64,000 nucleotides of DNA from Podarcis erhardii. Its lineage: Eukaryota. Positions 11,041 through 22,530 of this stretch are shown here, piece after piece (position 1 is the first letter of the stretch; the number at the start of each line of letters is the position of its first letter). The notes beneath the pieces were generated by a model that saw only the letters and a list, made by a program, of their open reading frames with translations, was not told the DNA's origin and ran no database searches. The DNA is taken from assembly GCA_964252035.1 (NCBI GenBank), contig OZ176209.1; one strand, written 5' to 3'. The translations under genes and the position numbers were made by a program.

Positions 11041-12254
11041 CAGCCCCTCACACTTTTTTGAACACCCCTCCTTGTGAAGCGTTCCCTCAGCCTCCTCTCC
11101 CCTCTCCTTGGGAGTCCTCCCAGCGGCTGCTGCTACCATCCCTGGTCTCTGAGCTGCAACCCTTGCTGCCCCAAGAGAGGTGTCATTCACCTAGGGAATG
11201 TAGCCAGGACTGCTGCAACAAAAAGCTGAGCAGGACTTTGGGAGGGGAGGACACAAGAGGGCATCAGAAGAGGGAGGGAAGGAACCAGGGACAGAGGCCA
11301 GTGTTGCCCACAGCACCCCTGGCCATCATTCAAGGCACCCCAGGGTGCCACAGCACTCTGGTTGAAAACCATTGCCCTAGAATATCATCTCCTCCAACAT
11401 TCCTCAGATGAAAAGAGGGACATTTCTCACTCTCCCCCCAACTCACCCTCCTCGGCCCCCGTTTTTATGTGTCCCACTCCCGCAGAGCAATTCATATTAA
11501 ATGAACGGTCAGTGCCACCACCGCCACACCAAGTGATAAGTGTTTTAAGATTATAGCCTTAAGGCCCTTTTTGCATGGAGTTATTTCATTTTCGGATGCA
11601 GTGCTTTGTTGGTTAGACAGTTCCAGAAATGTGTCACTTGACGTTTGATAATGTAATACCTTAACCAAATTTTAGACAGCCGCATGAAATGCATAATGTA
11701 TGTTAAACGACTAAGACAGTCTTAAAACAACAGCCTGTATTCCTGGAGGAATGTGGAATGCCAACTAAATCCTTGCTTCTTCCCCCCCCCCCACCTGAAA
11801 ATAATAACTTTATTTCCCCACTTTCTTCTAACCATAAATGATTGATGAAAAAAAAAGCATGACGTGCGTATCAGGAAAATGCACGGTGACATATTTGCAC
11901 AGGAAATGTGTTGCACGTTGACAGTTTTTTGTTCGAAAACTGACAGTTTTGGTACAAGCTGTTCCTGCCATGACTATAGGGAACAGATAACAAAGGGAAA
12001 TGTATCATACTATGCACACTTAAAATGGATCTGTCAGCACACAAGGTGGTTTAGCAGTGCTGGAAACCCAACCCTTTGTCTTTTGAAAACAGGTGTGGGG
12101 TTTTTTTTGGTCCTTTCTTTGGCTAGTATATGCAAATAAGAGGTTGGGTGGGGGTGGGCATGTGAACACCAATATGACTGTCCTCAGCTATTGCTTTTGT
12201 GCTCATAGCTAATAATAATTTTAAAAAAACCTGCCAGAGAACCCGTCATTATAT

Positions 12255-12761
12255 TGTTATGAGGGGTTTTTTTTGGTGAGGGGGGGGGAGAGGAAAAGTG
12301 GGGTTATGCTGAATGCCTAAGCCCCCTTCTAATTCTTGGAATAGCCAGGCTAGCTTCCTGGTGAGGTAATGGGTCGTTAAGAGAACAAAGGAAGGGGCTC
12401 TGTGTGAGATGGCAAATGGGAAGGGCTGCCTCCCTCAATTCGAGGTAGTTAGAAGGACAAAGACAAGAGTTGGGAGCTGAGAGTTGAGAGTTGAGTGAAG
12501 TGAGCTAGAGGCTAGAAGCAAAGCAGCAAGCTGTAGAGAGGGAGAGAGAACAATGTTTGATTTCTGTTTGAATCTAAGGCTGCAGCTATGGGGGAAGGAA
12601 ACGTGAACCCAAGGTAAGTGCCTGGAATCCCTGGAATCTCGCAGGGCTTGGAGACTGGGGTGGCTTGTGACTCTATGTTCCTTCAACACAGTGTGGGTGC
12701 GCAGGTGGGCAATTTTTAGTCAGCCTGGTTTTACCTATCCTGGTGTGACCCAAATTTCACA
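12255..12761 (+). mobile_element. LTR-like sequence, no TSD found
   Basis: TGTTA start, purine-rich U3-like stretch, ...TTTCACA end. Similar in style to the LTR at 10288-11040. Confidence 0.35.
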
Positions 12762-12762
12762 G

Positions 12763-13055
12763 CCTGTGTGGAGGAGCTTCCTTCGCTCAGCCCAGACACT
12801 GAGGTCCTCCTCCAAGAGTCTTCTGCTGGTTCCCTCACTGTGAGAAGTGAAGTTACAGGGAGCCAAGCAGAGGGCCTTCTCGGTAGTGGAGCCCTTTCTG
12901 TGTAACACCGTCTCTTCAGAGGTCAAGGAGATAAAGAAATACTCCACTTTCAGAAGACACCTGAAGGCAGTCCTGTATCAGGAAGTTTTTTTATGTTTGG
13001 TGTTTTACTATGTTTTTATATATGCTGTAAGCCACCCAAATGGGCGGGGTATAAA

Positions 13056-13098
<43 letters not shown>
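12763..13098 (+). mobile_element. L2-type LINE 3' end with (ATT)n tail
   Basis: KLQGAKQRAFSVVEPFLCNTVSSEVKEIKKYSTFRRHLKA, followed by short UTR and ATT tail. Confidence 0.8.
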
Positions 13099-13099
<1 letters not shown>

Positions 13100-13164
13100 T
13101 GCTTCCTGTTGCTAAATTGCATCCCATTTGTTCTGTCTGTCATATGCCAGTAGGTAAAACCCTT

Positions 13165-13670
13165 CTGGCAACTCCTGCAGCCAAGCTGGTGCCAAAGTTA
13201 TTGCTCTGTCAGTGTGGTATAGTGGTTAAGTCAGTAGACTTGTAATCTGGTGAACCGGGTTCGCTTCCCCGCTCCTCCACATGCAGCTGCTGGGTGACCT
13301 TGGGTTAATCACGCTTCTCTGAAGTCTCTCAGCCCCACTCACCTCACAGAGTGTTTGTTGGGGGGGGGAAGGGAAAGGAGAATGTTAGCCACTTTGAGAC
13401 TCCTTCGGGTAGTGATAAAGCAGGATATCAAATCCAAACTACTACTCTTCTTCTTCTTCTTCTTCTTCTTCTTCTTCTTCTTCTTCTTTGGACCACACCG
13501 GCAAGGGTTAGGGTTAGGGTTGAGAAGGCTGAGAAGGGGAGCTTGTTGTCTGGGCAGCTCAGGACTTCCATCCACACAGCCCAGGCTTGTGTTCCAAGGA
13601 GGTCACTTTGGTGTTGCTAATGCATCCCTTTGACTTCACCCCTGGAAGTGCACTCCATTGTACACCTTCG
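13165..13670 (+). mobile_element. Second, 5'-truncated copy of the RTE-like repeat, split by a SINE
   Basis: CTTCTGGCAACTCCTGCAGCCAAGCTGGTGCCAAAGTTATTGCTCTG...CTTTGGACCAC matches 6365-6425. Confidence 0.65.
13211..13487 (+). mobile_element. tRNA-derived SINE with (CTT)n tail
   Basis: A box GTGGTATAGTGG, B-box-like GGGTTCGCTTCC, tail GATATCAAATCCAAAC(TCT)n. Second copy at 21617-21865. Confidence 0.85.
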
Positions 13671-13904
13671 TACTCCATTGTATCTCAAAGGCTGATGGCT
13701 GCCAGCAATACCACTCCAAACGGTCATGGCTTCCACCAAAGAATCCCAGGAACTGTAGTTTGTTAAGGGTGCTGTGAGTTGTTAGGAGACTCCTATTTGC
13801 TTCACGGAGGTACAGTTCTCAGAGTGGTGTAACGGTCAGTGCCTCTTCCCAGGGAACCCTTAACAAATGACCATTCCCATGATTTTTTGGGGGATGCCAC
13901 AACT

Positions 13905-14120
13905 GTTTTACATAACATAAGAAGGGACTGCTGGATCAGACCAATTGCTCATCTAGTCCACCATCCTATTCTTAAGGTGACCAACCAGATGCACATGGGA
14001 AAACCAGAAACAGGACCTGAGCACAAGAGCACTCTTCCCTTCTGTGGTTTCCACCAATTGGTATTCAGAAGCATGACTGCATGCGACCAAGGAGGAAGAG
14101 CAGAGCCATTATGGCAGGAG
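13905..14120 (-). mobile_element. CR1 LINE 3'UTR
   Basis: AACATAAGAAGGGACTGCTGGATCAGACCAATTGCTCATCTAGTCCA matches the reverse complement of the squamate CR1 3' end. Confidence 0.75.
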
Positions 14121-14620
14121 GTATAGTGCAACTTTAAATGTATAGCTCAGAGGTGACTATTGACATACACGCTCCAGTGCTGCAATGCCATTAGCAAGAA
14201 CATTTGTCCTCTCCTCCTCACCTTCTTCCACACTATTGTTTAAAAAAGCAGTTCAAAATGAAAGCAGAGGAAAGCCAAGACAATCTTGCCTTCAACTCTC
14301 CTGTCAGCAAATTGTCCATCAGATGCTGGTTTGAGGAGTGTCAAAGTGTACTTGACATATATTTCATTTCACTATATTTATATGACTGACCAATAAGATG
14401 AGTTCTCTCTGGAAAGCTCATAGAAAAGGAAAAGTACAGCACAACAACACAACATTAAATAGCAGTTAGAAACAGTAGAAAATATCATACTTAGGATGCT
14501 GCAGTGATGCTATTCAATCAAAGCATTTTATAAAGTTTTTTGGCCCCAGCAAGGGCCCCCAAGTGTTTTGTTCATTAACCTGCTACAGATTATCAGTCAC
14601 AACTTTTTAAATTACTGGAA

Positions 14621-14912
14621 GGGATGTGGGTGGCGCTGTGGGTTAAACCACAGAGCCTAGGGCTTGTTGATCAGAAGGTTGGCGGTTCGAATCCCCGCGA
14701 CAGGGTAGATAAATAGGTACCGCTCCGGCGGGAAGACAGATGGTGTTTCTGTGCGCTGCTCTGGTTTGCCAGAAAGCGGCTTAGTCATGCTGGCCACATG
14801 ACCCGGAAGCTGTACGCCGGCTCCCTTGGCCAATAAAGCGACATGAGCACCGCAACCCCAGAGTCGTCCACGACTGGATCTAACAGTCAGGGGTCCCTTT
14901 ACCTTTACCTTT
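14621..14912 (+). mobile_element. Sauria SINE (internal deletion)
   Basis: tRNA-like head with B box GGTTCGAATCC and (ACCTTT)n tail. Confidence 0.9.
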
Positions 14913-15529
14913 TAATGTTATCAAAGAGAAATTTATTAATTTGTTGCAGCATGTCTTATCCTTTTCAGTGGCTCTTATGCATATCCGCCCCTGTACTATA
15001 GGAGAAATGCAAGAGCTGATTGAGAATAAATTATATATGTGTATGCAAAACTACCACCCTGGGTCTCCCATAGTTCTGAATACTTGTTTTCAAGTTGCAG
15101 AAAGAGCCACACTATTTTTAGTAAATCAGATGTGTGCTGCATGGGAGATAGACGATTAATTTTAGATGAGAGTGCTTTCCCTCAAATATCCCTTGGTCCA
15201 TAAAGGCTTGAATAAAAACCCCACAATGTATTTAAATTCAATTCAGGATGCTTTCCTGCATATCTTCTTCCTTTACTGACAATTCATCTCACTGTGCTGT
15301 TATTAAATATGCAACAGCCATATTTTAAAGTTTTGGGATTAAAAACACATTCAGAAATTTATCTTCAGATATCTGTCATGACCTCTCAGGATCTGGCTAC
15401 CTGGACCAAAGTACTGGTGATAATTAAATGCTTCTTTGCATATAGCATGCTGGTTCTCCCCCGCCCCCAATGCAGCTGGGATGTAATTAATGGGATCAGA
15501 GAAGGCATTGATAGGGAAGTTGGTCCCTT

Positions 15530-16500
15530 TCTCCCTAGGGAACATATCCAGAAGATGGTGACAAAGATGTTGAGGGACCTGGAGGCACAGACCTCTGAGG
15601 ATCAATTGAAGAAGTTGGGTAAATTTAGCCTTAAGAAGATACAATTAAAGGGCAACATGGCAATAACTTTATTTAGTTTAAATTTGAATGATCAAATGCA
15701 TTTTTTGCTCCATAGGTCAGAAACTTATTAGGATCTGCATCACAGGACAAATGTGACAGGCAGGAGGAGCCATCAGAAATGATGTCAGGTGCTTTGGTGC
15801 TTTGAAGTCTCAAAGCTGGGATTTCAAAGCACCTCACAGACAGCAAGGCACTGCTAAAATGATTCAGCCTCTGCATTTTAGCAGCTGTTTCAAAGCAAAC
15901 ACCTTGACATTATTAAATCAACATTGTAATAAAATGTATGAATAAGTAACAAAAAAGAAATAGTAATGTATTATTTCTTATAGATATATGTGTTTACAGG
16001 GACAAATCAGTTAGTCTGACTTTAGAGCCCATTTTGAATAAGCCTGATGCAGCAGGAAAAGCAACTAGTATACAGGGGCTCTATAAAAGTCTAATTTTTA
16101 TTTTTTGTTAAATCCAAATTGGTGGTATCAATCTTCAAAACATCAAAGGGCTTTCACATAGATGGCAGAGAACAATTGTCCCATGTTTCAGAATTCACCA
16201 CCTTCCAAGGCAGCCTGTTCAATTGCCATACATGGCACATATCATCAGAAAATTCTTCCTGACATTTAGTCTAAACCCTTTCCCCCTTTTTTGTAGCTTG
16301 CACTCCTTGGTTTGGGACATAACTTCCAGAGCAACAGAAAACTAAAGGGTTCAAATTACAAGAAAAGGGGTTTAGACTAGACCAGAAGAAGAACTTCCTG
16401 ATGGTTTTAGCTTGAACTTCTTGACAGTAGAACAGATTGTCTCAGACGATGATGGATGAGGTTGGTCAGCAGAGGCTTGATGGACACCTGTCAGCGAAGA
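15530..16500 (+). mobile_element. Fragmented CR1 ORF2 C-terminal region (pieces 15530-15680, 16145-16195, 16320-16500)
   Basis: EHIQKMVTKMLRDLEAQTSEDQLKKLGKFSLKKIQLKGNM resembles CR1 '[39 protein letters not shown]'. Downstream GGGTTCAAATTACAAGAAAAG...AAGAACTTCCTGA. Confidence 0.65.
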
Positions 16501-17738
16501 TGTAGCATTGGGAGTGGCTTCGCTTATATGCCCTCTGAGTTCCTTTCCAATTCTACGGTTCAGAGGAAAATCCCTCTCCTAAAGTTTGTATTTTCATTGT
16601 TGGAAAATCTCTCATCTCTACTCAGGCTTTTGTATTGATGGATTAGGAGGGGGAGAAGTACCATTTATGCACCATAAGCAGTTTTGTATGCTATGGGCTG
16701 CCATTTCCTCCGTTCTTCTTGTATTGATGAACACTGTTAGAATAAAAATGGCTCTTTATATTGGATTCATTGCTCTGTGGTTCTTTCTCTCAAGGTTCTG
16801 CAAATTTGGTTTGGTGTGGAGGAGACCTATTTCCCTGTGACTTCACTTCACTTCACTCCTTCACACCTGCCCTTGGAGGGCCAGAATGGATACCAGTAGA
16901 AAATCCAAACCATTTACCATTACCTTTGCCAATAAATAACAGCTCCTCCCCACTACCATTTAAAGAGACTCTGAGGAATTTCATAAAAGGCATGTGGTAC
17001 AGTCCTCTTGGGTCTGCACATTAGAATGTAGATGGGAAATCTGTGAGACTGAATGTCACAAACTCTCTAATGTGGAAATCTAGTATGTCAGGAGATTATT
17101 TTAAGTCTATCCTTTCTAACATGCTTGTTTTCTATGTGGGGAGAAACCACACATAAATTCTCCCACCCTATTCTGAAATTATACCATGTGATTTTCTTCT
17201 GTGCTCCAACTCTAATTCATTTGGATTTTGGCTTCATGTGACCTTCTGTAGTTTATGCTACAATTTATATGATTCGGTAGAGTTTATCATTGCCTCTCAT
17301 ATAGTGTTTTTCATGTCTCTTTAGCAAATGTCTGAAGAGCTGAAGTTGCTTCCTTGGTACATTGATATTGAAGATCAATCCTTTGAACTGACTTAGAAGT
17401 TAAAGTATGAATCACTGAGAATAAATAAACCGGTGTTATAAATTCTTGATAGTTCAAATTACTGTGTAGGCAGCAAATCTTCAGCCAAGTGCTAGCAACT
17501 TCCAGCCGCCAACCTCATGCTTCAGCTATTCAGGTTTGCTTAATGAAAATGCTTCACCGTTTCAAACCAAACTAGAGCATTAATACTTCTGTATAAAGTT
17601 AAAAACCATATTTGACTTTGTAACAAATTTCTGTAACTCTAGGCCAAGTAATGTGACCATAATTTAGGAGGCAGAGTCAACAGTTGACCCAACTGGGTCA
17701 TCTGCAGACATTCTGATCCGTGATTATACCCCACACAA

Positions 17739-18001
17739 CAGTGGCACCAAGTTGGGCCCCATACTGTGGGTGCTCAGTGTCATGACATTGCAACGCAACA
17801 TGACATCGCCACCGGGGCACTGGAGCACCAGAGGCAAGGCAGCGGTGGATGGCAGTGGGTAGCCAGTGCATGGGATGGAGAGCAAGAAACTGGGAAGACT
17901 GGGGCAGTGAAGACTGGAGCAGCAGGAGGACAGAGGCTGGGCACCCCCCCAAAAAAGTGGGGTACCCAAGCCCCCAGGGCCCTCTGGAGTTGGTGCCCCT
18001 G
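17739..18001. mobile_element. hAT MITE with 8-bp TSD CCACACAA
   Basis: TIRs CAGTGGCACCAA / TTGGTGCCCCTG. CCACACAA at 17731-17738 and 18002-18009. Confidence 0.88.
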
Positions 18002-18169
18002 CCACACAAACACACCTGTATCACTCTTGCAGTCATGTAAAAGGCTTTCAAGGGCTTCATAGAAAAATATTTTGGCAAGCAAATGTATTACATGTAGGAC
18101 TAGGCAGATTAACCTGAATTTTATATGGTTTTCAATTATTTAAAGTGGGGATGACAGAAGACCATGTGC

Positions 18170-18321
18170 NNNNNNNNNNNNNNNNNNNNNNNNNNNNNNN
18201 NNNNNNNNNNNNNNNNNNNNNNNNNNNNNNNNNNNNNNNNNNNNNNNNNNNNNNNNNNNNNNNNNNNNNNNNNNNNNNNNNNNNNNNNNNNNNNNNNNNN
18301 NNNNNNNNNNNNNNNNNNNNN
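18170..18321. other. Assembly gap (152 N)
   Basis: Run of N bases. Confidence 1.
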
Positions 18322-18362
18322 AGATTTGCTTTTCCTGTTCACATTTTGAGCTCCTCTTCTCT

Positions 18363-18500
18363 AAGGCAGGGGAAGAGATGTTGTTGACCTTCAGATGTTT
18401 TTGGACAACAACTCCCATCAGCCCTTGCCAGCATGGCTGGTAGACAGGAATGATGGGAGTTATCCTCCAGCAGTATCTAAGGAATAAAGTTTGGAAGGAG
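18363..18500. mobile_element. Degraded hAT-type MITE
   Basis: ACAACTCCCATCA...TGATGGGAGTT internal inverted motif. Relatives at ~8130-8200, ~26755-26900 and ~49195-49305. Confidence 0.55.
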
Positions 18501-18622
18501 GTTTCGTGATGCAGCCATTGCTCTGCCTGCAGAAAATCCCACACATTGGTTGTATTAGTTCAAAGGACTGCAGGTAGTAGAGCTGGAAAAAACTCCCCTC
18601 CCTAACTGTTAGTTTCACTGTA

Positions 18623-18853
18623 CAGTGGTACCTTGGTTTACAACCATAATCCATTCCAGAGGTCCGGTTGTAAACCAAAACAGGTTGTAACCCAAGGCGT
18701 CCTTTCGCCAATGGGGCCTCCCCCCCCCCCAAATTGGTTGTAATCCAAGAAAATGGGTTGTAATCCAAAAAAGGGACACACACTTCTGGGTTTGACATGG
18801 TTGTAATCTAAAACAGTTGTAATCCAAAGCAGTTGCAAACCAAAGTACCACTG
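18623..18853. mobile_element. Tc1/mariner (Tigger-like) MITE, family B
   Basis: TA-CAGTGGTACC...GTACCACTG-TA, with internal GTTGTAATCC repeats. Confidence 0.85.
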
Positions 18854-19497
18854 TAATTAAAACAATTGTTAGTTAGAATAGAAATTCCTGGATTAGGTAA
18901 CTCGATGGCTTGGCTCAACACAAATCAACTTAATATGTTAAAGTTCAATCCTGAAAACTCTTTTGCACATTGTCTGCTTTTTGCAATGTTACATAATATG
19001 CCGGGAGTTCAATCTTTCTGCACAAACTCTTGATTCAATCAAAAGTGACTTCCATATTGTCTTAGCACTTTAATTTATGACACCGACTAGTCTAGAAGAC
19101 TCCACTGTTGATGAAGACAAATGCAGGCTCTCTGCACAGAGCAAAACCTGTGGTGTTATTTGACGTTCTGGTGGTTTATTCTACGTAATGTGTTTTCTGA
19201 CCTTGGAGTCCACATTTATTTTTGAAGAAGCAGTCTCACATTATTGGAACAATAGTTGCACACTACATTTTCTTCCCAGGGCTTTGCTTTCAATAGCCAC
19301 CTGTTCTCCTAGGCACCTCTGCTGATACGTGATTGCACAAGATAAATAACTGTGGCATAAATTCTTCAAAATGGTGTCACTTGCGGTATTGATCCATATA
19401 AATGATTCTTACTGCTTTGTAAAAAAACACAACATGCTATCGTCGTAAACATTGAGAGAAAGTAGTATATTTGTGATTTTTATGCTCACTTGCGAGG

Positions 19498-19503
19498 GGT
19501 GTG

Positions 19504-19556
<53 letters not shown>

Positions 19557-19558
19557 CA
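19498..19558. repeat. Compound (GT)n(GA)n microsatellite
   Basis: Seen directly in the sequence. Confidence 0.95.
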
Positions 19559-19756
19559 GAGGGGATTTCCAGCACTGCTCATATTTCAGAGGCAAATCCA
19601 AAGGGAAATGCAGCTTTACAAGAAAATCTCAACCAAGGACAGATTCCTTTCCCTTTCCCTATAGTTAAGTAAGCCCTGGTTCTACACCCCTCTTACTGCA
19701 TTGAAAATTAGCACCCAAGTGATAGGAGAAGCTGCAACCACAGAAATACTTATTCT

Positions 19757-20194
19757 GTTGTTGTTTAGTTGTTTAGTCGTGTCCGACTCTTCGTGACCCC
19801 ATGGACCAGAGCACACCAGGCACTCCCATCTTCCACTGCCTCCCACAGTTTGGTCAAACTCATGCTGGTAGCTTCGAGAACACTGTCCCACCATCTCGTC
19901 CTCTGTCGTCCCCTTCTCCTTGTGCCCTCCATCTTTCCCAACATCAGGGTCTTTTCCAGGGAGTCTTCTCTTCTCATGAGGTGGCCAAAGTATTGGAGCC
20001 TCAGCTTCACGATCTGTCCTTCCAGTGAGCACTCAAGGCTGATTTCCTTCAGAATGGATAGGTTTGATCTTCTTGCAGTCCATGGGACTCTCAAGAGTCT
20101 CCTCCAGCGCCATAATTCAAAAGCATCAATTCTTCGGCGATCAGCCTTCTTTATGGTCCAGCTCTTACTTCCATACTTCCATACTACTGGATGT
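19757..20194 (-). mobile_element. RTE-BovB LINE, 5'-truncated 3' end with 11-bp TSD ATACTTATTCT
   Basis: Minus-strand translation ESWTIKKADRRRIDAFELW...YFGHLMRREDSLEKTLMLGK...GVTKSRTRL is typical BovB C-terminus. (CAA)n-like tail. TSD at 19746-19756 and 20195-20205. Confidence 0.92.
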
Positions 20195-20589
20195 ATACTT
20201 ATTCTACACATCTATAAAATGAAGAGGATTCCTGTACCATACAGAATCTGGTACTCCCATGCATATGTAAAACAGCCCAGCCTTTGCTGAGTTTAATTTA
20301 AAAGGAAACCTAAAGCTTAGTACCTCAATAGCAAGCACGGAAGGAAAATGTTATTTATAATATGGAGTTTAGGATAAAGAAAAATATCCCCGCTTTCCTT
20401 AATCAGTGAGGGGCCTTATTCTATTTATGTATGAATCAGCAAAATGTTAGGCAGTCATTTTGTAACAAATGTTTAATAGTTGCATACCGCAGGGTGATAT
20501 TCATGCCAACAGCAGGTCTTTCATCAGGCTGATTGCTGGCCAATTTTCATCCTGTTTCTCAGCCTTTATACCCCAAAAGGCACCCCAGG

Positions 20590-21590
20590 TAGCGCTCACA
20601 TAATAATAATAAAAAAGGCTACCACAAAGCGAGTAAAATAAAATAAATAAAAATAAAAATAGAAAGAAGCATAGAGAGAGTTTAGCCCCCGCATCTCTGG
20701 GGAAAGAGTTCTTTAAAAGGAGATGGGGGAAGGGGCCAGCCAAGCACCCGATTTGGAAGATAATTCTGTAAGCAGGGGAGGGGCACCAAAAGAAAGGTGG
20801 CAGCATCTGCTGATAGCTAACCTAGATTTGTGCTGGTCCTGTGGGTTTCTATGAGGCGTGGTCTGAGTCCAGTCTGAGGTTGAGGGTGAAGTATTGAGGC
20901 CGTCCGTCAAAGTTGAAGCTGGGTCCGAAGCAGGGAGTCGGGTGAGGTCAGAAGATCCAGCAGGACAGGGTGCAGGCAGGAACTGGCTACCAACGACGTT
21001 GCTCCTGTAACTTGGGACTGGGGCTGGCTGGCTTTTATCTGCCCCGAGGCATAGGGCGGCCCCAGTCCACAGGTGACAAGCACTCCTCCTGTGAGAACTT
21101 AGTTCCCTCCACCTCTCTGCCCTGAGCCTCTGCAGCTCAGGAGAGGCTGGAGGGTTACTGGACCCAGAGGCAACCTCAGCTTCCCCTGACGGGGCTGAGA
21201 GTGGAGCACCTGCAGGCAATGGGTCCTCCATCACCTCAGGAGCCAGAGCAGACTCAGCTGGTGCCTGCACCTGAGGATCCGGCACAGGTGAGGACCCTTC
21301 AGGCTCAAGCCCCAGCCCCAGCTCAGCTGGTTCTGGAGGTGGGGAATCCTGTGCAGGCTGGGATTCCTCAGGTTCAGCCTCCAAGTCCAAATCCCAGGCC
21401 ATTACAAGATTCAAGTGAGGCTGGAATGTCCATCAGGGCCCCCAGATGATGGTGTGACCAGGTTCATATGAGAACAAGTGGTCCCTTCAGGAACCCTAAG
21501 CCATTTAGGTCTTTATAGGTGGTGTGGTGATACCATCTGGAAACTAATTGGGAGCCAGTACCAACACTTCAATATGTGCGTCATATGCAT
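20590..21590 (-). mobile_element. Degraded L2 fragment interrupted by the LTR at 20829-21406
   Basis: GGTTCATATGAGAACAAG..GTCCCTTCAGG..CCATTTAGGTCTTTATAGG..GGAAACTAATTGG resembles L2 ORF2 3' region. A-rich tail near 20600-20660. Confidence 0.55.
20829..21406 (-). mobile_element. Solo LTR (578 bp, probably Gypsy-type) with 5-bp TSD AGATT
   Basis: TG...CA termini, AGATT at 20824-20828 and 21407-21411. Inserted into an L2 fragment. Confidence 0.85.
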
Positions 21591-21616
21591 TAAGTGACTG
21601 AGAGAGAATAGAAACT

Positions 21617-21865
21617 AGAAGAAGAAGAGTTTGGATTTGATATCCTGCTTTATCACTACCCTAAGGAGTCTCAAAGCAGCTAACATTCTCCTTTCCCTTC
21701 CTCCCTCACAACAAACACTCTGTGCGGTGAGTGAGGCTGAGAGACTTCAGAGAAGTGTGACTAGCCCAAGGTCACCCAGCAGCTGCATGTGGAGGAGTGG
21801 GGAAGCGAACCCGGTTCACCAGATTACGAGTTCACCGCTCTTAACCCACACTGTTCCACACTGGC
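21617..21865 (-). mobile_element. tRNA-derived SINE (same family as 13211-13487)
   Basis: Reverse-complement match to 13211-13487 over its full length. Confidence 0.85.
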
Positions 21866-22299
21866 TGTGGTGTAGTGCTCTGTCCAGGGTCCTAGCAGCT
21901 TCTGCCTTGCCAGTCATGGCCTTGCCTTACTAGTTTTGTCTCTGATGCGATCCTGCCTTATCATACTAACCTCTCTACCAGTAAGTGCTCCTGCTTCAGC
22001 CAGTTTCTCCTTTAAGCACCGAGCTGTGATGGGATAGCACAAGCCCTTGTAGAAGAAAGGAGCGACTGATTATCCCCAGTGCACAATTAGAGAAATCCCA
22101 GGCATTTAAAAAAATGCCCCAAAATAGGTTGAGTTAATGCTGCTTGTTTCTTGAAAAACAACCCCCCTTATTTTGTGTATTGTTGCCTTTCCTTTTTGTG
22201 AGCTGCCAGTGTCTGAATCCATCAATGTGAATTAATAAGATTCTACGGTAATTAACTCACCGCTCATTAGTGTTGCTTACTGGGTTTTAAAAATCAGTT

Positions 22300-22530
22300 T
22301 AGTCTATTGTACAAAATTTGCCCACACTAAATTTAATTTGCCACTCTCTTGCCAGTTTCCCTCCAGCTCCGCCATGAGTATTTACAATCCTCTGAGGGTC
22401 TGTCTAATTTAAACATCTTTGGTCGTCAGCAGTTTTGCCTTCTCATTATACACTGCCTCTTGTTGGCCATTAATTAATATACATGGCAAGGGTGGGAAAA
22501 CAGGTCCTAACAACAGCGATCCTCTATTAG
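22300..22530 (-). mobile_element. Ancient CR1 RT fragment
   Basis: Minus strand LLLGPVFPPLPCILINGQQEAVYNEKAKLLTTK is a decayed 'VLGPVLFNIFINDL....KFADDTK'. Confidence 0.5.

Larger units (their letters stand above)
10148..11374. mobile_element. Non-autonomous hAT element with 8-bp TSD CCCTAGAA
   Basis: TIRs CAGAGGTTTTCAACC / GGTTGAAAACCATTG. Identical CCCTAGAA at 10140-10147 and 11375-11382. Confidence 0.88.

Noticed and set aside
12847-13633. Poly-I, poly-L, poly-F and poly-K ORFs
   Set aside because: Translations of (ATT)n and (CTT)n retroelement tails.
18136-18544. ORFs containing runs of X
   Set aside because: Artefacts of the 152-N assembly gap.
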